Below are positions 50,862-59,040 of a DNA stretch of 64,000 bases, piece by piece. The stretch is from the NCBI GenBank assembly GCA_036676985.1, contig JAKFBU010000001.1, forward strand, positions 64,001 through 128,000, written 5' to 3'. The translations under genes were made by a program, and so were the position numbers. The DNA comes from Candidatus Sericytochromatia bacterium (lineage in GTDB: Bacteria > Cyanobacteriota > Sericytochromatia > S15B-MN24 > UBA4093). Each line of letters opens with the position of its first letter. Position 1 is the stretch's first letter. The notes beneath the pieces were generated by a model. That model did no database searches. It had not been told where the DNA came from and was given only the letters and a program-made list of their open reading frames with translations.

Positions 50862-52541
50862 CTAGCTGGGCGAGAGGTCCTCCGCCTCGGTGACATGCAC
50901 CGCGGGGAGCTCCTGCAGCCGTCCGCCCCGGGCCGCGTCGAGCTCCCAGAGGCGCTTGTTCTGGACCACCGACTCGACCCGCTCGATGCCGTCCTTGTTG
51001 AGGACCACCCGCACCCGGTGGTAGACGGGCTCCTCGAGGCGGCCGTCGCCGCCCACCTTGGTCACGCGGTAGATCACGTTGACGTGGTAGACCTTGGGCG
51101 CGAGCATCACCTCGAAGCGGCCCGTGCGGTCGTTGAAGCGCGACACCTTCACGTGCGGGTCCGAGAGGCGCTTGAGGAGGTTGGCCACCGAGTAGCGCAC
51201 GATGTGCTTCACGTGCATGCGCCGCACGTGCGTGGCGTGAATGGTCTTGGCCTCGAGCTTCATGGAATGGCGGTAGGAGAGGACCTCCTCCTCGCGCTCC
51301 TCGTCCAGGTCGATGGCGTGGCTGAACTCCCGGAGGCGCCTGATGTCCTCGGGTAGCTTGCGCTTGGCCTCGTAGCGGACCGTCTGGCGGCAGGTGCCGA
51401 TGGCGCGCTGGGACATGGGGTCGATGACCGTCAGCCGCTGATCGGGCAGGAGGCGCTGCACCTGGCTGGCCAGGTACTCCTTGAAGAAGTCCTTGATGCG
51501 GTCCTTGAGGATGTAGACCAGCACGATGGTGAGGATCAGCATCGCCGTGGAGACACCGTGCAGGTGCACGTTGACGTTGCGATCGCCGAGCGTGCTCCAG
51601 AAGGCCGCGAGAGCCGCACCGCAGGCCGCCACGATGCTGCGGAAGCGATGCACCTCGCGCACGGTGCGGATGTTGAGGTAGAGCACCTGCGCCAGGTACT
51701 TCTTGAGAGCACCCGTGCGATAGGTGTAGAGCTCCAGGCCCTCGGGCGAGTCGCTCGACAGCTGGATGAAGCCCTCCTCGCGACGGTACTCGGCCTCCTT
51801 GGCGCCGAGCCAGGTCAACCGCTCGTCGAAGCGGCTCAAGAGGGCATGCTCGACCGCGAGGAAGGCCTCGTGGATCTTGGCCAGGTTCTCGTCGAAGCGG
51901 TAGGTCAGGTACTCGTCCACGAGCCGCAAGGCGTCGAGCATCTTGCGAGAGAGGCTCGCCCGATTGTCGGAGTAGGAGCGGCGCAGGGCGCGGTACTTGA
52001 GGAGGACCGCATGCTCGCCCTCCAGGTGATCGACGATGTGGTCCATCAGCTCGGCCGCGGCCGTCGGGTTGTGGCGCCGGCGCGCGATTTCTTTCCCGAC
52101 CTCCCGGGCCTGCTTGCGCAGGTCGCGCCAGTTGGCGATGAGGATGGTGCCCAGGAGCTTGGCCTCGTTGATCGTCGAGCGCTCCAGCTTCTGGTCGATG
52201 CTGGGCTGCTCCACCAGCTGCTTGAGGTTGAAGCTGAGGATGTTGAGGGGGCTCAGCGGACTGAGCGGATCCGCGAGAGTCTGGCTGCTGAGGGTGGGCG
52301 TCTTGAAGCGCAGGTAGCTCAGGACGTCCTTGAAGAAGTCGTCCTTGCCGTAGCTGAGGGCCGACACGCCGAGGTTGGTGGGCAGGAAGTAGAAGGCGTC
52401 CACCCGGAAGTAGGCACGCCCGTCGGAGCCGGTCGCGCTCGGGCTCACGTCGTAGTTGAACGCGATCTCGAAGTGCTGCCGATCATGCAGATCGATCTGG
52501 CTGTCGAACAAGCGATTCGACCGAAGCGCCCCTTCTCCCAT
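50862..52541 (-). CDS. Hypothetical protein with two TM helices
   Basis: Long ORF, typical codon usage, YILKDRIK after a TM pair; start approximate. Confidence 0.75.
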   Translation of the reverse strand: MGEGALRSNRLFDSQIDLHDRQHFEIAFNYDVSPSATGSDGRAYFRVDAFYFLPTNLGVSALSYGKDDFFKDVLSYLRFKTPTLSSQTLADPLSPLSPLNILSFNLKQLVEQPSIDQKLERSTINEAKLLGTILIANWRDLRKQAREVGKEIARRRHNPTAAAELMDHIVDHLEGEHAVLLKYRALRRSYSDNRASLSRKMLDALRLVDEYLTYRFDENLAKIHEAFLAVEHALLSRFDERLTWLGAKEAEYRREEGFIQLSSDSPEGLELYTYRTGALKKYLAQVLYLNIRTVREVHRFRSIVAACGAALAAFWSTLGDRNVNVHLHGVSTAMLILTIVLVYILKDRIKDFFKEYLASQVQRLLPDQRLTVIDPMSQRAIGTCRQTVRYEAKRKLPEDIRRLREFSHAIDLDEEREEEVLSYRHSMKLEAKTIHATHVRRMHVKHIVRYSVANLLKRLSDPHVKVSRFNDRTGRFEVMLAPKVYHVNVIYRVTKVGGDGRLEEPVYHRVRVVLNKDGIERVESVVQNKRLWELDAARGGRLQELPAVHVTEAEDLSPS

Positions 52542-52725
52542 CCCCCTCCGCTCCCTTCGCGGCATAGACCCGCCTTTGGGTCTCTTTCATATACCCAATT
52601 CTCTCGCCATGCCGCTCTTGGGCGCTTGGGCGAATGGGCGAAGGGTTTCGTCGGATCCGGTGAGCGGAGCAAGCAAGCCACGGTGATACGATTCCCTGGT
52701 CGCTCGGACCCTGCCGGAGGTGCCC

Positions 52726-54204
52726 ATGCTCGAGACACTCACCCAGCTCGCCCTCACCTTCGTGATGATCGTGATCTACGCCGTCGTCTTCTGCCTGGTG
52801 TACGCCAAGGTGATGGGCGGCATGTTCAGCCGGGCCAAGTTCGATCCGACCAAGGAGACGAACCAGGACCTCCGCTTCACCGACGTGCTCGGCATCGACG
52901 AGGCCAAGCGCGAGGCGCAGGAGGTGGTGGACTTCCTCAAGAACGCCACCGAGTTCGAGAAGATCGGCGCCAAGATCCCCAAGGGCATCCTCCTGGTGGG
53001 CCCTCCCGGCACCGGCAAGACGCTCTTGGCCAAGGCGATCGCCAACGAGGCGGGCGTGCCCTTCTACTCGCTGTCGGGCTCGGACTTCGTCGAGGTCTTC
53101 GTGGGCGTGGGCGCGAGCCGCATCCGCAAGCTCTACCAGAAGGCGCGCAAGCACCCGGCGGCCATCGTCTTCATCGACGAGATCGACGCCCTGGGGCGCT
53201 CGCGCAGCATGAACCAGTTCGGCGGCCAGGAGGGCAACAACACCCTCAACCAGTTCCTCGTCGAGCTGGACGGGTTCGGGCGGGGCGGCAACGTCATCAC
53301 CATCGGCGCGACCAACCTCGAGGAGTCCCTGGACCCCGCCTTGCTGCGACCGGGCCGCTTCGACCGCAAGATCCACGTGGGCCTGCCCGACGTGAAGGGT
53401 CGCGAGGCGCTGCTCAAGCACTACACGAGCAAGGTCAAGCTGGACCGCGCGGTGGACCTCAAAGCCCTGGCCCGAGCGGCCACCCACATGAGCGGCGCGG
53501 ACATCGCGAGCGTCGTCAACGAGGCCTCGATCCTGGCCGTCCGCGAGCAGCGCAACCAGGTCCGGCACGAGGACTTCTCACGGGCCATGGAGCGCCTCGG
53601 CATCGGCCTCGAGAACGCGGGCCGGGTGCTCAACACTCACGAGCGGCAGGTGGTGGCCTACCACGAGGCGGGCCATGCCCTGGTCAACCTCCAGACCCAG
53701 CCCCACAAGCGCCTCCACAAGGTCTCCATCATCCCGACGGGGCGCCATGCGCTCGGCTACACCTGGTCGGTGGAGGTCGAGGACAAGCACCTGGTCACCA
53801 AGGAGGAATACATGGCGGAGCTCGCCGTCCTCATGGGCGGCCGGGTGGCCGAGGAGATGGTCTTCGGGCAGGTGACGAGCGGGGCGCACTCGGACATCAA
53901 GCGCGCCACCAAGATCGCGGAGCTGCTCGTCTGGGAGCTCGGCATGCGCAGCGAGTCGCCCATCAACTACAAGGAGCTGAGCATCTCCGAGGCGACGCGC
54001 CAGCGGCTGGACCGCGAGGTGGAGCACCTCCTGCAGGAGGCCTACGACCAGGCCCGCGAGATCCTGGTGGAGCGCCGGAGCGACCTGGAGCGGCTGGCCA
54101 AGGGCCTCCTGGACCACGAGGTCCTCTACGAGCAGGACGTCTACGCCGTCCTGCACGGGCGCCGGCCCGAGCGCGAGGGGGGCCGCGGCGAGTGGGTCGC
54201 TTAG
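52726..54204 (+). CDS. FtsH-like ATP-dependent zinc metalloprotease (short, single TM)
   Basis: GPPGTGKT, FVEVFVGVGASR, IFIDEIDA, ALLRPGRFDR, HEAGH. Confidence 0.93.
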   Translation: MLETLTQLALTFVMIVIYAVVFCLVYAKVMGGMFSRAKFDPTKETNQDLRFTDVLGIDEAKREAQEVVDFLKNATEFEKIGAKIPKGILLVGPPGTGKTLLAKAIANEAGVPFYSLSGSDFVEVFVGVGASRIRKLYQKARKHPAAIVFIDEIDALGRSRSMNQFGGQEGNNTLNQFLVELDGFGRGGNVITIGATNLEESLDPALLRPGRFDRKIHVGLPDVKGREALLKHYTSKVKLDRAVDLKALARAATHMSGADIASVVNEASILAVREQRNQVRHEDFSRAMERLGIGLENAGRVLNTHERQVVAYHEAGHALVNLQTQPHKRLHKVSIIPTGRHALGYTWSVEVEDKHLVTKEEYMAELAVLMGGRVAEEMVFGQVTSGAHSDIKRATKIAELLVWELGMRSESPINYKELSISEATRQRLDREVEHLLQEAYDQAREILVERRSDLERLAKGLLDHEVLYEQDVYAVLHGRRPEREGGRGEWVA

Positions 54205-54218
54205 TCCCATAATTTGAA

Positions 54219-54246
54219 AGACGGCCCGCCAATTGGCGGGCCGTCT
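54219..54246. terminator. Hairpin between convergent genes
   Basis: AGACGGCCCGCC-AATT-GGCGGGCCGTCT. Confidence 0.7.
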
Positions 54247-54259
54247 CGCGTTGAAGCGT

Positions 54260-54478
54260 CTAGGGGGTGGGCTCACCCTCGGCGGGTACGTCGACCGTGC
54301 GCCGGGCGGGCGTCTGCCGGGGGGGCGCGGCTCGGAGCTCGCTCGGGTCGTAGTTGCGCGTCCCCGTGCCGTGGTAGGTGTGCGTCGTGATGAAGGCCGC
54401 CTCGACGACGACACAGCCGGACGTGACCGTCAGGGTCACGGTCGCGAGCACCATCATCAGCCAGCCACGTAAGCGCAT
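54260..54478 (-). CDS. Small lipoprotein
   Basis: AGGAGG RBS; lipobox TSGC. Confidence 0.65.
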   Translation of the reverse strand: MRLRGWLMMVLATVTLTVTSGCVVVEAAFITTHTYHGTGTRNYDPSELRAAPPRQTPARRTVDVPAEGEPTP

Positions 54479-54723
54479 ACGTCCCTCCTGAGGAGCTTAT
54501 CGGCTCCCGGGGACGAAAATGACCTTAAGCTCTCATGGAGTTTTAGTTATCTTGGCGGCGATGGCGGGCCAAGCGGTGGCACGGAGCCCGATCGAGCCGA
54601 TGGGAAGGATTTTGCACGCAAGCGATCGCGCGGATCCTCCGAAGACATTAAGAATAGGTTGTGACCGCTCGCTCGGCCATGGCGCCGAGGCAGCGATGAT
54701 TCAGCGATAAAGGGGCACTGACG

Positions 54724-55689
54724 TTGAAAGCCACTACGAAGGCACTGATTCCCGCCGTCCTGGCGGCGACGTTCCTGGCGACGGCCTGCGGACCCATCCT
54801 CATGACCCCCAAGGGCGCCTCGGAGAGCCAGGTCACGGCCCTGGGCTCGGATCTGCCGAACGAGATCTTCCAGGGCGAGTCCGCGGTCATGGTCGGCGCG
54901 GGCGACATCGCCTACGAGGGCCCGGGCGCCGAGGCGACGGCCAAGCTGCTCGACCGCATCCCGGGGACGATCTTCGCCCTGGGCGACAACGCCTACCAGA
55001 CCGGGTCGCCCGACGAGTTCGCGCGCTACTTCCATCCCACCTGGGGCCGACACAAGCATCGCATCCGCCCGGTCGTCGGCAACCACGAGTACCGCACGCC
55101 CGGGGCCGCCGGCTACTTCGACTACTTCGGGGCGGCGGCGGGCGATCGCACCAAGGGCTACTACTCGTACGACCTCAACGCCGACTGGCACATCATCGTG
55201 ATCAACTCCTGCTCCGAGGGCGACGACGCGGCCAAGGACAAGCTGACGACGAGCTCTCCTCAGTACCAGTGGCTCGCGCAGACCCTCGACGCCCACCGCC
55301 ACCAGAACGTGGCCGCCATGTGGCACCACCCGCGCTACAGCAGCGGCGCCCACGGGGACAACGACGAGACGGACGCCGTCTGGCGGCTCTTGCACGACAA
55401 GGGCGTGGACATGGTCCTCTGGGGCCACGATCACCACTACGAGCGTTTCGATCCCGCGAATGCCGAGGGCAAGCGGGACGACCAGAAGGGCATGCGCTCG
55501 TGGGTCGTCGGCACGGGCGGCAAGAACCACTACCCATTCTTCAAACTCCCCAAGCGCATCACGGCCGTCCGCGACGCCGGCTCCTTCGGCGTCCTCAAGC
55601 TGACGCTCTTCAAGAAGGGCTACGAGTGGGAGTTCATCCCCATCGCGGGCGAGAAGTTCACGGACCAGGGCCGCTCCCTGGTTCGTTAG
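54724..55689 (+). CDS. Calcineurin-like metallophosphoesterase lipoprotein
   Basis: GAGDIA, LGDNAY, GNHEY, WHHP, GHDHHYER; lipobox ATAC. Confidence 0.92.
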   Translation: MKATTKALIPAVLAATFLATACGPILMTPKGASESQVTALGSDLPNEIFQGESAVMVGAGDIAYEGPGAEATAKLLDRIPGTIFALGDNAYQTGSPDEFARYFHPTWGRHKHRIRPVVGNHEYRTPGAAGYFDYFGAAAGDRTKGYYSYDLNADWHIIVINSCSEGDDAAKDKLTTSSPQYQWLAQTLDAHRHQNVAAMWHHPRYSSGAHGDNDETDAVWRLLHDKGVDMVLWGHDHHYERFDPANAEGKRDDQKGMRSWVVGTGGKNHYPFFKLPKRITAVRDAGSFGVLKLTLFKKGYEWEFIPIAGEKFTDQGRSLVR

Positions 55690-55704
55690 ACGCTAACTAG
55701 TCCA

Positions 55705-55746
55705 GCACGAAGCGGGCAGTTCGGGTGCGAACTGCCCGCTTCGTGC
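55705..55746. terminator. Perfect 19-bp stem-loop separating the phosphoesterase from the precursor gene
   Basis: GCACGAAGCGGGCAGTTCG-GGTG-CGAACTGCCCGCTTCGTGC. Confidence 0.7.
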
Positions 55747-55854
55747 GGTCGATCCAGTAGAAAACGAAGATTTAATGGAGGTTTATCGAAGTTTTGGAGA
55801 CATTTGGCGCATATGAATACTAGCAAGTAAAAACGCTGCCGTAAGGAGTCTGTC

Positions 55855-56529
55855 ATGCGCATCAACCCGAATGATCCCGGCTTGCGTCTGCCGAAGCCTG
55901 TCGCTCCGTCGCAGGCGCCGCAGGCGCCAGCCGCCTCGGAGTCCGGCGCCGCCAAGCCCGTGCTCGATGCCGCCACGATTTCCCCGCAGGCCAAGCCCTC
56001 GAAGTTGGGCCTCCCGGAAGCGGAGATTCGCCTCCCCGACCCCATCCACCCGCCGCACAAGATGCGGGCGGATGATCCGACGCCGGGTCCGAGGGGCCCC
56101 ATCAGGCCGCCCATCATCAAGCGGTGCTGGGATGATCCGACGCCCGGCCCCAAGGGTCCGATCAAGCTGCCGCCCGTCATCGTCAAGCGGCGCGCCGACG
56201 ATCCGATTCCGGGTCCCCGGGGCCCCATCAAGATCAGGATGGACGACCCGACTCCGGGGCCCATCAAGCCGCCCATCTACAAGTTCCGGGCCGACGATCC
56301 CCTCCCTTCGGGCCCCATCAAGGAGCCGCCCATCTTCAAGAAGCGCGCGGACGATCCGATCCCCTCGGGCCCAATCAAGGAGCCTCCGATCTACAAGTTC
56401 CGGGCCGACGATCCGATCCCTTCGGGCCCCAAGGACCCCATCGGTAAGCCGCCCATCTTCAAGAAGCGCGCGGACGATCCGGCTCCCGGTCCCATCAAGA
56501 TCAAGATGGATGACCCGAAGCCCTTGTAG
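55855..56529 (+). CDS. Putative multi-core RiPP (graspetide) precursor
   Basis: AAGGAG RBS; ~60-aa non-repetitive leader then nine K-x-x-x-D-D-P units in Pro/Gly linkers; adjacent ATP-grasp gene. Confidence 0.8.
   Translation: MRINPNDPGLRLPKPVAPSQAPQAPAASESGAAKPVLDAATISPQAKPSKLGLPEAEIRLPDPIHPPHKMRADDPTPGPRGPIRPPIIKRCWDDPTPGPKGPIKLPPVIVKRRADDPIPGPRGPIKIRMDDPTPGPIKPPIYKFRADDPLPSGPIKEPPIFKKRADDPIPSGPIKEPPIYKFRADDPIPSGPKDPIGKPPIFKKRADDPAPGPIKIKMDDPKPL
56035..56520 (+). repeat. Imperfect coding tandem repeats of the precursor cores
   Basis: Recurrent GACGATCCG..GGCCCCATCAAG..CCGCCCATC(T)..AAG units; cores 5/7 and 6/8 are near-identical. Confidence 0.9.
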
Positions 56530-56538
56530 CCGCAAGCC

Positions 56539-57477
56539 GTGGCGACCGTGAAGCGGGTTGGCCTCGTCTACGGCGAGGAGGATCGGCACATCCGGGCCCT
56601 GGCGGCCGAACTCGAACGCCAGGGCCACGAAGCGGTAGACATTGACGCCTCCGAGCTCTCGGCGGCGTCACTGTTTTCGCTGCGTCAGGATGCCGCCTTC
56701 CTCGGGAACCGTCCCATGGCTGAGCTTTCGGCCGTCTTTCTGCGCAGCATCCTGAGCGCCTTGCCGGGCGTGTACCTCGCAGAAGGCGAATACCGCGTCT
56801 ATTCGGACTGGTACGAGAGCTACACCCTGGCAGCCGAGCGGCAGGCCCTCGTCATGGGCTGGCTGATGAACCTCCAGGAGTACGTCCCGTTCGTCAACCC
56901 GCTGCGGCTGGCGACCATGTCGCCCCTGAAGCCGGTGCAGATGGGCCAGCTCACGCGGGCCGGCATCCGCGTGCCCCGGACCCTGGTGTCGAACGACCGG
57001 CAGGAGATCGAGGCCTTCCGGCGCTCCGTGGGCGATACCATTTTCAAACCCCTGATGGGGGGGCGCTACTGCGATCGCCTGACGGACGAGGTCCTGCGCG
57101 AGGTCGACTGGGGGACCTTTCCCGCCGTGTTCCAGGAGTACGTGCCCGGTGAGAACGTCCGCATCTCGGCGTTGCCGGGCGAAATCCTCTCGGCCTGCGC
57201 GGTCTCGGGCGACGAGATCGACTTTCGGGCCGCCGAGGAGTTCATCGCGGGCCGCGAGCCCATGCGCGAGATCGACCTGCCCGACGACGCGCGCCGGATG
57301 TGCTGGAAGGCGCTCGAGGCCTGCGGCTTCTTGTTCTCGGGCATCGACCTCAAGGGTACGGTCGAGGACGGCTTCGTCCTGCTCGAATGCAACCAGCGTC
57401 CCGCCTGGCTCCACATCGAGGACGCGACAGGAGCACCGATCACGCGCGGCCTGGCCGCCTTCTTGGCGCGACTCTAG
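56539..57477 (+). CDS. RimK/MvdC-like ATP-grasp ligase (putative graspetide synthetase)
   Basis: KPVQ..AGIRVPRTLVSND, IFKPLMGG, PAVFQEYVPG, IDFR, FSGIDL, LLECNQRPAWLHIE. Confidence 0.88.
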   Translation: MATVKRVGLVYGEEDRHIRALAAELERQGHEAVDIDASELSAASLFSLRQDAAFLGNRPMAELSAVFLRSILSALPGVYLAEGEYRVYSDWYESYTLAAERQALVMGWLMNLQEYVPFVNPLRLATMSPLKPVQMGQLTRAGIRVPRTLVSNDRQEIEAFRRSVGDTIFKPLMGGRYCDRLTDEVLREVDWGTFPAVFQEYVPGENVRISALPGEILSACAVSGDEIDFRAAEEFIAGREPMREIDLPDDARRMCWKALEACGFLFSGIDLKGTVEDGFVLLECNQRPAWLHIEDATGAPITRGLAAFLARL

Positions 57478-57587
57478 GCTCCTGTTTCGGTAACTCGCCA
57501 AGTCCCAGGTGACGTCGAGGCAACTGGCGGGTGACGGCCCGTGCCAGGTGGGCTAGTATGGTCGCATCACGTTACAGGAGGGCGTCA

Positions 57588-58946
57588 ATGCTTCAAGCCA
57601 CCACGACGATTCCGACCGCTTCCGGGATGGGGGCGATCGCACCGGACCAGATCGAGACCTGGAAAGCCGATTTTGCCACCAATCCGACCCATCGCCTGGC
57701 CATGAATGCCTGTTCACAGGGCAACCTCGACGAGATTGCGCTCAACCGCCAGATCTTGGCCGGCATCGACTGGAACTTCTCCCATGAGGTGGCGAGCGGC
57801 GCCATCACGAACCAGAAGCGGGCAGGCTTTTGCTGGCTGTTCGCCAGCCTCAACTGGCTGCGCATCGACGTCATCTCGACGCTCAAGGTCGAGAACTTCG
57901 AGTTCTCCTACAACTACCTGATCTTCTGGGATCGCCTCGAGAAGGCCAACCGCTTCCTCACGGCCATGGTCGCGAACCGGGATCGGTCGTCGGACGACCG
58001 CCTGGTGGACTTCCTCCTGCGCGACCCGAGTCCGGACGGCGGTGAGTGGCACATGGTGGCCAACCTGATCCGCAAGTACGGCCTGGTCCCCAAGTCTGCC
58101 ATGGCCGACACCTTCAACCTGAGCGACTCGACGTATCTCAACAAGGTGCTCAACTACAAGCTGCGCGAGGCCACGGCCATCATCTTCGGGCTGCAGCGCA
58201 AGGGCGCCTCCGAGGCGGAGGTCGAGGGAGCCAAGCGCAAGGCGTTGTCGGAGATCTACCGGATTCTCTGCATCCTCATGGGGGAGCCGCCCCAGCGCTT
58301 CGACTTCTCGTACCGGGATAAGGACGAGAACTACCACGCGCACCGCGACCTGACGCCGCAGACGTTCTACGAGCAGTTCGTGGGCAAGGACCTGAACGAC
58401 TACGTCTGGGTGATGAGCTCGCCGCTCGAGAGCACGCCTTACCACCAGACCTTCTACCTGGAGCAGTTCAACAACGTGGTGGAGGGCAATCCCGGCGTCT
58501 TCCTGAACGTGCCCATGGAGACCCTCAAGGGTCTGGCCGTCAGCGCCCTGAAGGACAAGCAGGCGCTGCTCTTCGGCTGCGACGTGCTGCAGGCGTCCCA
58601 CCGGAAGATCGGCGTCATGGACCCGAGCATCCTCGATTACGAGCTGGTCTTCAACACCCCGTTCAAGATGGACCGGGCCCAGCGGATGCAGTTCCTCGAG
58701 GCGCGCCTGACGCACAACATGGTCATCCGGGGCGTCGATCTGGCGGACGATCAGCCGCTCAAGTGGAAGATCGAGAACAGCTGGGGAGACGAGCACGGTC
58801 AGAAGGGCTTCTTCATGATGACCGACGCCTGGTTCGACGAGTACGTCTACGCCCTGGTCGTGAACCGGCGCTACCTGGACGGCGAGCTGGCGACCCAGCT
58901 CGATCAGGAGCCGACCGCGCTCCCGCCCTGGCATCCGCTGGCCTGA
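57588..58946 (+). CDS. pepC: Aminopeptidase C / bleomycin hydrolase (C1B)
   Basis: ITNQKRAGFCWLFA (catalytic Cys), LTHNM (His), WKIENSWG (Asn); AGGAGG RBS. Confidence 0.93.
   Translation: MLQATTTIPTASGMGAIAPDQIETWKADFATNPTHRLAMNACSQGNLDEIALNRQILAGIDWNFSHEVASGAITNQKRAGFCWLFASLNWLRIDVISTLKVENFEFSYNYLIFWDRLEKANRFLTAMVANRDRSSDDRLVDFLLRDPSPDGGEWHMVANLIRKYGLVPKSAMADTFNLSDSTYLNKVLNYKLREATAIIFGLQRKGASEAEVEGAKRKALSEIYRILCILMGEPPQRFDFSYRDKDENYHAHRDLTPQTFYEQFVGKDLNDYVWVMSSPLESTPYHQTFYLEQFNNVVEGNPGVFLNVPMETLKGLAVSALKDKQALLFGCDVLQASHRKIGVMDPSILDYELVFNTPFKMDRAQRMQFLEARLTHNMVIRGVDLADDQPLKWKIENSWGDEHGQKGFFMMTDAWFDEYVYALVVNRRYLDGELATQLDQEPTALPPWHPLA
58874..58946 (+). repeat. 73-bp direct repeat, copy 1 (pepC 3' end)
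   Basis: Matches 63907-63979 at 69/73 positions by manual comparison. Confidence 0.92.
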
Positions 58947-59040
58947 TCGCGTCCTCGCGAAACCGGTCTCACCCGATGGGCTGCCCGATGACGGGCAGCC
59001 CTTCGTGTCTCGGGGCTCGACGGCCACGAGCGAAGGGGCG

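Noticed and set aside
56035-56520. DNA repeats considered as a CRISPR array
   Set aside because: Units are in-frame coding repeats with variable length and synonymous changes, no unique spacers and no cas genes in the window
55871-56551. Alternative-frame Ser/Arg-rich ORF and the reverse-strand ORFs over the precursor
   Set aside because: Only the 55855 frame has an AAGGAG RBS, genome-typical codon usage and a conserved peptide motif
56539-57477. Calling the ATP-grasp gene rimK
   Set aside because: Context (tight coupling to a repeat precursor) and the DFR and C-terminal motifs fit peptide-macrocyclising ligases better; not formally excluded without a phylogeny
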